From the NCBI GenBank assembly GCA_963826535.1, contig CAWGXL010000010.1, positions 362,814 through 426,813 of the forward strand: a DNA stretch of 64,000 nucleotides, read 5' to 3'. Of this stretch, positions 47,736 through 57,238 are shown in pieces. The DNA comes from an uncultured bacterium (GTDB taxonomy: Bacteria; Patescibacteriota; Microgenomatia; Levybacterales; UBA12049). Both the position numbers and the translations under genes were made by a program. Numbering within the stretch: position 1 is the first letter of the stretch; each line of letters opens with the position of its first letter. The notes beneath the pieces are model-generated. The model was not told where the DNA came from and did not search any database. It worked only from the letters and a program-made list of their open reading frames with translations.

Positions 47736-48899
47736 TTATTCTGCTTTTACTATACCGTCTATAGGTAAGATTTCGAACCATAATTTTCCTCGATTAAATT
47801 TAACTTCATTTCCGCTTGCGTCATTTATAATAGTTCTATCTTCCCTTCCTGCTTTCTTCCATGTCCCAGTGATTTGTTTCCCGTCTATGAAAATTAAAGC
47901 TTTACCGGTGCCTTTTGTTCCATAAAGTAAATGCGCGTTGTTTTCATAACCGTCATTAGCATGCCTTTCAGTCATAAATAGAACTATCACATTGCTTGCA
48001 GTTAGCTGTTTTTTTGTATTTTGGTCTAAATGTGGTTTCCCCCCATTATTTCTCATATATAGATTATTTTTCGCATCAAATTCCCAATCTACAAAATATG
48101 ATTCATCTTCCCAAAATTCTATATGAATAGATTGAGTACCTGAACTTGCAGCTTTATCTTTAAATGAATATTCTACAAAACTTGTATCCCATGCATCTCC
48201 TTCTTTACTTACATTTGTAAGTCTGCGTTTTTCCCCAACCGCCCATAACTTGCTCGTGCTTGAATACATCGTATGTTCGGTCGCGACATCATGACCTGTT
48301 CTTGTTTGATCACGCCAAAAAGTAGGATAACCTATAGAGAATTGATTCAAGTCATTGTACACAGCCCATCCGTAATCTTCTATTTGTCCTAAAGCATTTG
48401 CAGGGCCGGGTGAATTTGCTCCGCCTACATGCGCGTATAATGGATAATCACCGTATTCTGAGACGAAATCCAGAAAATAAGTTCTGGCAGAACGAACAGG
48501 CCCCACAATACCGGCATCTTGACAATAATAAACATTTAAATACCTGGTTATTCCTCCTTCTGCGATAGCTTCATAAGTCACATCGGAGAATGAAATTCCC
48601 GATTGAGGACGTGATTCCTGATGGTTTTCTATCATTATTCCAAGCGGCCGGTGTTGTTCCCACCAAGCCTGTTGTTGTTTGCTATATAATTCACCACTTA
48701 GTGGACATTCTTCCGTTTTTGGTTGGTTTTGGTCAAATGTAATTGCTTGATAATCATTGTCTGCATTTTCTGAACTTGGAACCTGTGATGCTGTAGGCGC
48801 AGTTGAGATAGCTTTAGTTGCAAATAAACTATATGAAATACCTGTTGAGATAAGATAAACGAAAAAAGCTAGAATAACACTAATTGTTTTTTTGGACAT
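47736..48899 (-). CDS. DUF3048 (YerB-like) protein
   Basis: 'RPLGIMIEN', 'RPQSG', 'AEGGITR', 'GPVRSARTYF'. Confidence 0.85.
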   Translation of the reverse strand: MSKKTISVILAFFVYLISTGISYSLFATKAISTAPTASQVPSSENADNDYQAITFDQNQPKTEECPLSGELYSKQQQAWWEQHRPLGIMIENHQESRPQSGISFSDVTYEAIAEGGITRYLNVYYCQDAGIVGPVRSARTYFLDFVSEYGDYPLYAHVGGANSPGPANALGQIEDYGWAVYNDLNQFSIGYPTFWRDQTRTGHDVATEHTMYSSTSKLWAVGEKRRLTNVSKEGDAWDTSFVEYSFKDKAASSGTQSIHIEFWEDESYFVDWEFDAKNNLYMRNNGGKPHLDQNTKKQLTASNVIVLFMTERHANDGYENNAHLLYGTKGTGKALIFIDGKQITGTWKKAGREDRTIINDASGNEVKFNRGKLWFEILPIDGIVKAE

Positions 48900-48903
48900 A
48901 TCT

Positions 48904-49359
48904 TTAGCTTCCCCCTTCTTTCAATGCTTTTTTCTCTTCTACCGAAAGTTCGTGATCAACTCCTTTTCCTTCTATAATTTTTTTTACATACCAACGTAAT
49001 CCTGATCTTGAATAAAGTCCTGTAATCACCACCCCTGTATCATTTGCATCTCGTAAAGTTAAAATAAAACTCTGATCTCCACCTGTATCTTTAAAGGGAT
49101 TGAAACGAAGTAAACCGACTTTTTGAATGTGAAATTTTTCATTCTCTTCAATTGTATCACAACGGAAAATTAATTGGGAAATATTTTTTTTTGCCAGATT
49201 AACATCTTTTGTAAGGTTTTCCAGTACGAATTGAAGATTCTTCTTATCCACTCCTTGTGTTAATAACCGATAGTGCTGCATTAATCTCCACAAGTAAAAT
49301 GTTACTATACCAAGCCAAACAATTACTATTATTATTAATACCTCTCCCATAACACCCAT
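48904..49359 (-). CDS. DUF4446 family protein
   Basis: N-terminal TM, 'QKVGLLRFNPFKDTGGDQSF...LSVEE'. Confidence 0.85.
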   Translation of the reverse strand: MGVMGEVLIIIVIVWLGIVTFYLWRLMQHYRLLTQGVDKKNLQFVLENLTKDVNLAKKNISQLIFRCDTIEENEKFHIQKVGLLRFNPFKDTGGDQSFILTLRDANDTGVVITGLYSRSGLRWYVKKIIEGKGVDHELSVEEKKALKEGGS

Positions 49360-49416
49360 AAAGCAATATTAGCCTCTTGACATGCTTAGTGTCAATAGTG
49401 TAATCTAGGCACATTC

Positions 49417-49725
49417 ATGCCTAAGAAGAAAAAAACGCGTAAACAAAAAATTATTTCCGATAAAAGACATAAAGACTATTCCGCATTTACACCGCCTCCA
49501 CAGGCTAATCCATCCACTACGAGCTCCCCCGATAGACTCGGGGTTCAATCTGTACAAACTGAACGATCACAAACTATTCATAAACCTCAACATATCAGTG
49601 GACAACTTATAACCACTGCACATTATTCATACTTATATTCTGATTTACGTAAAACTTTTTTCCTGACTTGCTCAATAATTATTGCAGAATTATTACTTGG
49701 ATATATATTTTTTGGCGCTCAATAA
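49417..49725 (+). CDS. Hypothetical protein with basic N-terminus and C-terminal TM
   Basis: 'MPKKKKTRKQK...YLYSDLRKT' followed by a TM segment. Confidence 0.65.
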   Translation: MPKKKKTRKQKIISDKRHKDYSAFTPPPQANPSTTSSPDRLGVQSVQTERSQTIHKPQHISGQLITTAHYSYLYSDLRKTFFLTCSIIIAELLLGYIFFGAQ

Positions 49726-49753
49726 TAAAGGCGTGAAAGGAGGTGATTAGTAT

Positions 49754-49897
49754 ATGGCATCAATGTATTGTGTTAAGTGTAGACAAAAAAGAGATGTTGA
49801 TAATCCGGAAAAAGTAACCATGAAAAATGGTAAACCGGCGCTCAAAGCAAAATGTCCAGTTTGTGGTACAGGAATGTACAAGATTGGAGCAAAGTAA
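49754..49897 (+). CDS. DUF5679-like small Zn-ribbon protein (47 aa; not in the ORF track)
   Basis: MASMYCVKCRQKRDVDNPEKVTMKNGKPALKAKCPVCGTGMYKIGAK; AAAGGAGGTGA RBS; terminator directly after. Confidence 0.88.
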   Translation: MASMYCVKCRQKRDVDNPEKVTMKNGKPALKAKCPVCGTGMYKIGAK

Positions 49898-49916
49898 TAT
49901 TTTTTAGGAGCATCGT

Positions 49917-49946
49917 GAAAATCCCCCGCTCAGCGGGGGGTTTTTC
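49917..49946 (+). terminator. Intrinsic terminator
   Basis: GAAAATCCCCCGC-loop-GCGGGGGGTTTTTC. Confidence 0.85.
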
Positions 49947-49950
49947 GTAA

Positions 49951-50071
49951 ACGGGGCTCACATTTGAGTACAGTGCAAGGAAGGTTCGAGGAGCGGAGTA
50001 AGGCGTACTAAAATGTACGCTGTCGAGCACCACAGATACTGACGCAGCAATGTGCCAAATGCGAGACTCGT
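49951..50071. repeat. 121-bp element with terminal inverted repeats (MITE or structured RNA)
   Basis: ACGGGGCTCACATTTGAGTACA pairs with TGTGCCAAATGCGAGACTCGT; central GGCGTAC-TAAAAT-GTACGCT hairpin. Confidence 0.6.
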
Positions 50072-50110
50072 GCTTGACAATATATTTTGGCAAGTGAAAC
50101 AATATATATA

Positions 50111-51751
50111 ATGCTCTCATCAATAGCGTCATATATTCTTAGTATACAAAAGTTTTTTGGTGGATCAATTGGGTCATATGACAAATTTTTTGAGGATGCC
50201 GAAGATTATCTTTCAAAAAGTATTACAAATGGAAAAGTATTTTATGATCTGGGAGAATTCCAAAAAAAGATATTTATACTAGGCATAAAGTTTATAGTTC
50301 GTCAATATAAATCTCCCTCAGTACAGGCTAAAGTTTTTCAAATTGATAATCTGGTTAATCTAATTAAAAAAATTCCAATAATTGATAAGCTTTGTAGTTT
50401 GTTTGTCGATATACATAAACATTACTTAAAATTCTCGAAATATTTTTTGCTTTTTCTTTTTTTTGGAATATTTCCAATAGTCATTACATTGTTGCAAATA
50501 CTTAATGCCTCACCGGCTCAATTTTTTATATTTTTTATACCTATATTTCTTATCCTTTTATTTCTCGAATCAGGATTGTTTATTTTTATTGAAAAACATG
50601 AGAATGATGATAACATTTCCTTAGCACGTAGCTTTCTACTTGCCTTAGAAAATTTTGAGTCTGTAATCCTAATCTTCTTATTTTATATTCTACTCTGTGG
50701 TACTCTGCTACTTTCTTTAGCTTCTCTTCTTTCATTATCTACTCAAATTATTACCATGCTGGAAGGTAATACTATTCTTTTGTTTATTTATTTACTAATT
50801 ATTTTATTTCTTTGTATTTCGATTTTATTTTTCTGTATATATTTGAGCATTTTAGTTTATCAGGCATATTTTATTGCGCTTTTAGAAAAAAAGAATTCTA
50901 TACAGTCTCTGGTCCGTAGCGGATTTTCCATGCGTAAGAATATTCTGGATATCACTATTTTTTCTGTAGTCTTTTATTTAAGCACATTACTTCTTGCTTT
51001 CTTCGCCTTTATATATTTATCTGATATTGCACTACAATTTATAATTACTTTAATTTTACATTCCCAGTTCTTATTTACTTACAGTATCCGAAAAAAATTA
51101 TTGATTCCTCGTCTGGACACGAAAGAATTGCCTCATCAGCGTCCTTTGTCACTATTTTTCATCTTTTTCCTTTTCGTAGGCATCATTGGTTGTATAGCTT
51201 TTGCGTCACAGATTCTGCGTTATTATCCGTCAGTTTCGGATTTATATGCAGCTTGGCAATATGATCGTGAACTTGAGCGGGAATTCAAGCCTTATATTAA
51301 TAGTAATAACAATTATTCAATTTTATATCCAAAAAACTGGAATGTTCATAACTGGAATAATAATTCGGTAACGATCCACCATAATGTAAATAATACCTCA
51401 TCAGGAAGAATATCGGTCAATATTTCTGTTTTATCAGTTTCTGAAACTAATTATTTTCGACTTGACTCTGTAAAACCAGGTACTGTTATTTTTGACAAGG
51501 TTACAACTGAAAATACCATAAAGCTTTCTAACTTGTTATTAGGTGGACATGATGCTATTAAATATTCGGTTATCATACCTTTTCCTGACTTTACCGAGTA
51601 TCAGATAAATTATTTAGTATTAAATGGAGATAAAGTCTTCAAAATTAGCTTTGTTTCCGTAGATAGTGTATTTCAACAAACATACACGAAGATTTTTGAA
51701 ACGATGATTAACTCTTTCCGTTTTACTAAACTAAATGATACAATAAACTAA
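50111..51751 (+). CDS. Polytopic membrane protein with C-terminal PsbP-like extracytoplasmic domain
   Basis: Several TM helices, then 'YINSNNNYSILYPKNW...FETMINSFRF'. Confidence 0.65.
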   Translation: MLSSIASYILSIQKFFGGSIGSYDKFFEDAEDYLSKSITNGKVFYDLGEFQKKIFILGIKFIVRQYKSPSVQAKVFQIDNLVNLIKKIPIIDKLCSLFVDIHKHYLKFSKYFLLFLFFGIFPIVITLLQILNASPAQFFIFFIPIFLILLFLESGLFIFIEKHENDDNISLARSFLLALENFESVILIFLFYILLCGTLLLSLASLLSLSTQIITMLEGNTILLFIYLLIILFLCISILFFCIYLSILVYQAYFIALLEKKNSIQSLVRSGFSMRKNILDITIFSVVFYLSTLLLAFFAFIYLSDIALQFIITLILHSQFLFTYSIRKKLLIPRLDTKELPHQRPLSLFFIFFLFVGIIGCIAFASQILRYYPSVSDLYAAWQYDRELEREFKPYINSNNNYSILYPKNWNVHNWNNNSVTIHHNVNNTSSGRISVNISVLSVSETNYFRLDSVKPGTVIFDKVTTENTIKLSNLLLGGHDAIKYSVIIPFPDFTEYQINYLVLNGDKVFKISFVSVDSVFQQTYTKIFETMINSFRFTKLNDTIN

Positions 51752-52740
51752 TGAATATCCAATCCGTAGTTCATAAAGATCTCTCGTTCGTAAACGTCAT
51801 GAATCCGGAAGAATTAGAGATTAAATACCTGATCAAAAACTTTGGGTTTGACTCTTTGCATTTAGATGATTACATTAATCGTACACAGGCGCCAAAAATC
51901 GAAACGCTCAAACATTATAGCTTGTTCGTTTTGGATATACCTATTTTTCATGTTTCCTCTAAACAGGAACGAGACAAAAAAACTCGTATCGAAAATCTTC
52001 TTTCCCTACCGCAGTTTTTACACTCTGAAAAAAAACCAAGAATTCACACTTGTCATTTAGATATCTTTATTGGAAATAATTATGTTGTCGTCCTGCACGA
52101 TGGAAGATTACCTGTAATTCAGGATATTTTTGCCTCGTGCCAGGGAAGCCTTTCCAATAGAAATAAATACATGAATCAAGGTCCGGTATTTCTTGCCTAC
52201 AGTATTATAGATGCGCTTGTTGATAGTTGTTTTCCTGTACTGAACGAACTTTATGCTGTGATTGATCGCATTGATAAAGAAATTGATTCAGGCAGAACTG
52301 AAACAACACTTGAGCAGATTTCCCTGACTCGCCGGAATATTGTTGTATTCCATACAATGATTAAACCTATCCTTCCTCTTTTCCGGCAACTTGAAGAAGG
52401 CAAGATCAAAGAGCTTAATGGGAATATGCAATTATTTTGGAGCAACATTTTAGACCATCTGCAGAAAATCTGGGACCGCTTGGAAGACAGCCGTGAATTG
52501 ATTGAGGGTATCTCTGAAAGCCATGAATCTTACCTCACACAAAAAACCAATAATATCATCAAAGTTCTGACTATATTCTCGGCAATTATCCTGCCTCTCA
52601 ATTTATTTGCAAGTCTTTTTGGAATGAATCTTACACTTCCTATAGTGGATAGTGATCACTCGTTCTGGATCATTTCATTACTGATGTTTATTATCGGTCT
52701 CGCTATGTTTATGATATTTAGGATCAAACGATGGTATTAA
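51751..52740 (+). CDS. corA: CorA family Mg2+ transporter
   Basis: 'IKVLTIFSAIILPLNLFASLFGMN' with two C-terminal TMs. Confidence 0.92.
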   Translation: MNIQSVVHKDLSFVNVMNPEELEIKYLIKNFGFDSLHLDDYINRTQAPKIETLKHYSLFVLDIPIFHVSSKQERDKKTRIENLLSLPQFLHSEKKPRIHTCHLDIFIGNNYVVVLHDGRLPVIQDIFASCQGSLSNRNKYMNQGPVFLAYSIIDALVDSCFPVLNELYAVIDRIDKEIDSGRTETTLEQISLTRRNIVVFHTMIKPILPLFRQLEEGKIKELNGNMQLFWSNILDHLQKIWDRLEDSRELIEGISESHESYLTQKTNNIIKVLTIFSAIILPLNLFASLFGMNLTLPIVDSDHSFWIISLLMFIIGLAMFMIFRIKRWY

Positions 52741-52749
52741 TCTAGCTAA

Positions 52750-54072
52750 TTATAATTTAGAACTTAATAAACCTGGAAATTTATCCTTTATCTCAAGTAT
52801 CAACTCACCAAATAATGAATTTGCCCAGGCAAACCAATGTCTACTAAATTTGTGCGGGTCATCAACATGAACACTTTCATGAATAAAATATGTCCCTGCA
52901 TGTGTATTCTTCAATATTCGCAGACATGAAATTATTTCCTCCGTATCGTTTGAAGTAAGCGCTTGCATTATTGTTGCCATCGGCCAAAAATGATCACAGA
53001 CCCCCACATGTGGTGATGTAATCCCGGATGCAACGGAACCTTTTGTAAAAAAAGGATTCCATTCACTAAGCACCATTTTTCTGGTATTTTGATATACAGG
53101 ATTATCAATCGATGTATAACCCAAATAAGGCAAACTGATAAGACTTGGCATATTAGGATCGTCCATTATGCAGTTTGAACCGAATCCATCAACTTCATAT
53201 GCAAAAACTTGTCCTAATTCCTTATGATTAACAATGCCCCACTCCTTAATTCCGCTTTCTATTTTTTCAGCCAGTTTTGACGACATTTCTTCCGTCTCTA
53301 AAGCCGAAATGCTCATCAGTATTCTCGAAACAGCACGCAATCCAACCACAGCCATAGCATTAGCTGGAATTACAAAAGGATAAACAGTTTCATCATCCGA
53401 GGGCCTAAAAACACTGCGGCTCAAACCACAATGTTTCCCGGGATAGCCATACCCTTTTAGACGTACAGCTGGATGCAGATGCCCTGACTTCGTACGGAAA
53501 TGGTGCAACAAGTCCAGATTATCTTTATTCAAAGTATTTTGTTCAACAAAAATAGTCTTAATGATTTTGTTAACTGCATGCAACCAATTGCTATCAAAAG
53601 GAGACAGGTCATTTGTCTCTCTATAGTAGCCATCACACAAACGGAGAAAAGAACACAGACTATCTAACTCATATTTTTTTTCCCATATTCCATCCCGCTC
53701 GAATGCGTTTGCGTACGGATCACTCAAAATACAATTCACCTGCCTATATATTAATCCAAAAAATAATTTTTTTAGGTTTTTATCTTCATTAATAAAACGT
53801 AAATAAGGCCAAACCTGATTTGTCGAATCCCGAAGCCACATAGCCGGAATATCACCTGTAACAATAAAAGTATCAGATCTTCCGTATGAATCTTCACTAT
53901 AATATACCGTAGTATCCAATGTATTTGGTAAACATTGGATGAACATCCTTCTAATATCCTTATCCTCAATCTCTTCACTGGTTTTTTCGATTACCTGCTC
54001 AATGATCTCACTGCGGAATAACCGCTCTTCCAATTCTGGCCGCGACCGTAAATGTGAATAATTTTTTACCAT
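52750..54072 (-). CDS. Glycoside hydrolase family 125 (exo-alpha-1,6-mannosidase-like)
   Basis: [58 protein letters not shown]. Confidence 0.9.
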   Translation of the reverse strand: MVKNYSHLRSRPELEERLFRSEIIEQVIEKTSEEIEDKDIRRMFIQCLPNTLDTTVYYSEDSYGRSDTFIVTGDIPAMWLRDSTNQVWPYLRFINEDKNLKKLFFGLIYRQVNCILSDPYANAFERDGIWEKKYELDSLCSFLRLCDGYYRETNDLSPFDSNWLHAVNKIIKTIFVEQNTLNKDNLDLLHHFRTKSGHLHPAVRLKGYGYPGKHCGLSRSVFRPSDDETVYPFVIPANAMAVVGLRAVSRILMSISALETEEMSSKLAEKIESGIKEWGIVNHKELGQVFAYEVDGFGSNCIMDDPNMPSLISLPYLGYTSIDNPVYQNTRKMVLSEWNPFFTKGSVASGITSPHVGVCDHFWPMATIMQALTSNDTEEIISCLRILKNTHAGTYFIHESVHVDDPHKFSRHWFAWANSLFGELILEIKDKFPGLLSSKL

Positions 54073-54122
54073 TCCATTCTCAAGTATAGTACATTTATGA
54101 TAAAATATATAAATCTAATTTT

Positions 54123-55106
54123 ATGAAAAACGTAACAATCATTGGAGCAGGAGCCTGGGGAACTGCATTAGCTTATATATTTCGCGGAACTGGTCTCCGT
54201 ATATTAATTTGGAGCAAAAACCCATCCATTGTAGCTGACATTAACCAACACAAAAAAAACAAAAAATATACCGGCGATAATATTCTGACTGACATCAGAG
54301 CAACAACTAATCTAAGGACAAGTCTCTCAGATGCTGACGTGGTTATAAACGCTTTACCATCTTATGCAATAAGAGATGTATTTGAATCAGCCAAACAAAA
54401 CATAAAAGAAAACACAATTATAATAAATGCTTCCAAAGGCTTAGATACAAGCACTCATCAACTACCTTATCAAGTTTTTAGAGAAATTTTGCCTCCAAAA
54501 ATACATTACTTTTCACTTTCAGGCCCCGGTTTTGCGTCCGGAGTACTAAACGGTCACCCGACTACCATTAATATCGCGGGGAAAGATCATAATCTTATAA
54601 AAGAAATCAAAAGTCTAGCAAGAACTAACAATGTCTTTCTTTCTTATTCCAGCGATGTCATTGGTGTTGAATGGGGAGGAATTTACAAAAACATAGTAGC
54701 TATAGCTGCCGGTTTATCATCAGGTTTAGGCTACGGTGAGAATACAAACGCACTAGTATTCTCTGCGGGTTTCAAAGAAATGGTACAATCCGGTATAACC
54801 TTAGGAGGAAATCTCGAAACATTCTACGAACCATGTGGAGTAGGAGATCTTATGCTATCAACTTCTTCCATGAAAAGCCGCAATTACTCCTTTGGTTATT
54901 ATCTGACTCAGGAAAAAAAAATAGAAACTGTCTTCACCAAATTATCCGGAGTAGCAGAAGGCTATTACGCGCTTAAATCTATAGCTTACCTCAAAAATAA
55001 ACACGCGCTTACATTGCCTTTATCAATAATGTTGCACGAAATAATTTTTGCTAAAGCCGACCATAAAAATGCCTTTATGAAATTCCTGGAAACCCACTTT
55101 GAATAA
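54123..55106 (+). CDS. gpsA: NAD(P)H-dependent glycerol-3-phosphate dehydrogenase
   Basis: IGAGAWGTAL, ASKGL, LSGPGFA, KNIVAIAAG, GVGDLML, SRNYSFG, AEG. Confidence 0.92.
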   Translation: MKNVTIIGAGAWGTALAYIFRGTGLRILIWSKNPSIVADINQHKKNKKYTGDNILTDIRATTNLRTSLSDADVVINALPSYAIRDVFESAKQNIKENTIIINASKGLDTSTHQLPYQVFREILPPKIHYFSLSGPGFASGVLNGHPTTINIAGKDHNLIKEIKSLARTNNVFLSYSSDVIGVEWGGIYKNIVAIAAGLSSGLGYGENTNALVFSAGFKEMVQSGITLGGNLETFYEPCGVGDLMLSTSSMKSRNYSFGYYLTQEKKIETVFTKLSGVAEGYYALKSIAYLKNKHALTLPLSIMLHEIIFAKADHKNAFMKFLETHFE

Positions 55107-55107
55107 T

Positions 55108-55971
55108 ATGCAGAAAAAGATTACCGTATCAGCTGTTCAAATGCATATAAAAACGAACGATATTAGTGCTAATTTGAATACTGCCGAAAAACTGGTAAAG
55201 AAAATTTTTCAAAATAATAAAACCGATTTAATAGTATTCCCCGAAATCTGTATCACAGGTCCTATTCGCAATAGACTCGATTTGGTACAAGATGAAAATT
55301 CCAATTCAATAATTTTTTTTCAAAAACTTGCCATACAATATAATACACACATTGTGTGCGGCTCGTTTACTAAAAAAATTAATGCTAACTTTTTCAATAC
55401 CTCATTACTCATAAATAACAAAGGTAAAATTATCCTTGAATATTACAAAAATAATCTCTGGCATACCGAAAGAGAATACTTAACACCCGGAAATAAAATT
55501 AATTGCGTTGTTACGCCAATTGGAACTATAGGAATAATAATTTGCTGGGATCTTAGTGTTCCTGAAACGAGCCGCGAGTTAGCCAAAAAAGGCGCTGATA
55601 TTATCTGTTGCCCGTCCTTCTGGACAGTAGATCGTACAGAAGTGCTCGAACGCCATAAGAGTGGAAACGAAAAAATCTTTGTAAATACACTTTGTCCTGC
55701 GAGAGCAATAGAGAACGAAGTATTATTTATATTTGCCAATGGTGCTGGAGTTACTAATTTTTCCCAAAAAAATAAATTTTCGCAAAGCAAATTAATCGGC
55801 CAATCTCAAATCTGTGCTCCTATTGTAGGTACAGCAACTAGAATAAATGACAATTCCGAAGGATCAATAACATATACATACAACACTCAAATCGCAGAAG
55901 ACGCAGAAAAAATATTCCAAATCCGCCGCGATTTACAAACTAGCTCGAACCAACCACAAAAGCCATTATGA
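55108..55971 (+). CDS. Carbon-nitrogen hydrolase (nitrilase superfamily)
   Basis: Triad motifs VFPE, YYKNNLW, IICWD; 'ARAIENE'. Confidence 0.88.
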   Translation: MQKKITVSAVQMHIKTNDISANLNTAEKLVKKIFQNNKTDLIVFPEICITGPIRNRLDLVQDENSNSIIFFQKLAIQYNTHIVCGSFTKKINANFFNTSLLINNKGKIILEYYKNNLWHTEREYLTPGNKINCVVTPIGTIGIIICWDLSVPETSRELAKKGADIICCPSFWTVDRTEVLERHKSGNEKIFVNTLCPARAIENEVLFIFANGAGVTNFSQKNKFSQSKLIGQSQICAPIVGTATRINDNSEGSITYTYNTQIAEDAEKIFQIRRDLQTSSNQPQKPL

Positions 55972-56695
55972 ACTTATTATCATTCATATAAACAAGTCTC
56001 CACTTTTTAAGATTCTGATCGCGAGCTTTCATAAGCAAATGACCTTTAAGTTTGACTCTTGGCTCACCCTTATAAGTTAATATTTCAATATCTTGCAAAG
56101 ACCCTCCATGCCAAATTCCTATGCCTATTGCCTTTGAAACCGCCTCTTTTCCTGTCCACCTTTTAGCTACTCCTTTTTGCACGCCTTTTATTTCCTTTAT
56201 CTCCTGTAGAGTTAATATTCTCTTAACGACATTAGGTTTATTTTTCACCAAATCAGCCATTCTGGAAGACTTTGTTGCGTCAATGCCAACAGCAATACTT
56301 TTTCCAGGACTAGCGTATGCTGCCACAGCCGCCACAAGATCATCCTCATGAGTAATACTAATAGAAATATTTGCAATTGAAATAACTGGCTGCTGAGTCT
56401 GAGAAGGTAAAATATTCATTTCTTTCCAAGGCAATTGTTTTTGTAAAGCTTCGCGCACTGCCAACTTTGCCGCATAGCGCCCCATAAGACTGGGCACTCT
56501 ATTTTTGCAATAAGCGATTTCCTCTACTGTAAAATACTTTTTATGAAAATCTTTTTGGCTACGAATTTGATTAGCCTCCCGTTCAAGCGACAAAATATAT
56601 ATACCGAGTCCGCGAAACAATGATTTATCTTTTCGAAGAACCTTAATAGCATGCTGCGATTGTTCTATAAGGTTTTTAAATTTATTTGTTTTCAT
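55940..56695 (-). CDS. 4'-phosphopantetheinyl transferase built from two tandem AcpS-like domains
   Basis: Domain 1 'GLGIY...YFTVEEIAYC...GRYAAKLAV...SITHE'; domain 2 'VGID...ILTLQE...RWTGKEAVSKAIGIG...GEPRVKL'. Confidence 0.82.
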   Translation of the reverse strand: MKTNKFKNLIEQSQHAIKVLRKDKSLFRGLGIYILSLEREANQIRSQKDFHKKYFTVEEIAYCKNRVPSLMGRYAAKLAVREALQKQLPWKEMNILPSQTQQPVISIANISISITHEDDLVAAVAAYASPGKSIAVGIDATKSSRMADLVKNKPNVVKRILTLQEIKEIKGVQKGVAKRWTGKEAVSKAIGIGIWHGGSLQDIEILTYKGEPRVKLKGHLLMKARDQNLKKWRLVYMNDNKFIMAFVVGSS

Positions 56696-56803
56696 TCTTT
56701 CAAAGCTAGAAAGTAATTATATATAAGTCAACCTGCTTTTGAAAGTGACCGCTAAGTTATTGATATTTGCAGAGATTTTAGATAAAATATTTTAAGTCAG
56801 GTT

Positions 56804-56845
56804 TTATACTTTACACTTTATACTTAATACTTTATACTTAATACT
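56804..56845 (+). repeat. Tandem heptamer array (6 units, TTATACT-like)
   Basis: TTATACT TTACACT TTATACT TAATACT TTATACT TAATACT just before the ACP RBS. Confidence 0.85.
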
Positions 56846-56867
56846 GAATTGAGGAGGTGATTAATTG

Positions 56868-57188
56868 ATGGATAACAAAACAAAAAATATAACAATCGAG
56901 GATCTTATTAAAAAATACATAATGGGTGGTGAAGAAGCTGTAAAGACAGCTATGACAGAAAACAAAGTCGCAGGTTCTGACGCTCTAACATTAAGCGATT
57001 TAAAAATGGACTCGCTTGATGTAGTACAGCTAGCCGTAAAAATTCAAGACGATTTAGGCATTAAGCTTTCTGATGATGAATTTGCCAAAATACCCCAGGG
57101 GAAAAACGAGCAAGGAGAAGTAACTTTTAAACCGGCTGATAAAGTAACCCTAGGCGATATTACGCAAATAATAAATTCAAAACTCTGA
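56868..57188 (+). CDS. Acyl carrier protein
   Basis: 'DLKMDSLDVVQLAVKIQDDLGIKLSDDE' with DSL attachment Ser; GAGGAGGTGA RBS; divergent from the PPTase. Confidence 0.85.
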   Translation: MDNKTKNITIEDLIKKYIMGGEEAVKTAMTENKVAGSDALTLSDLKMDSLDVVQLAVKIQDDLGIKLSDDEFAKIPQGKNEQGEVTFKPADKVTLGDITQIINSKL

Positions 57189-57238
57189 ATTTATCTGGAA
57201 AATCATTTATTTCAAAAGCTGATTAATGAAGGGAAAAA

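Noticed and set aside
49842-50132. 96-aa minus-strand ORF
   Set aside because: Overlaps the Zn-ribbon gene, its terminator and the palindromic element; likely spurious.
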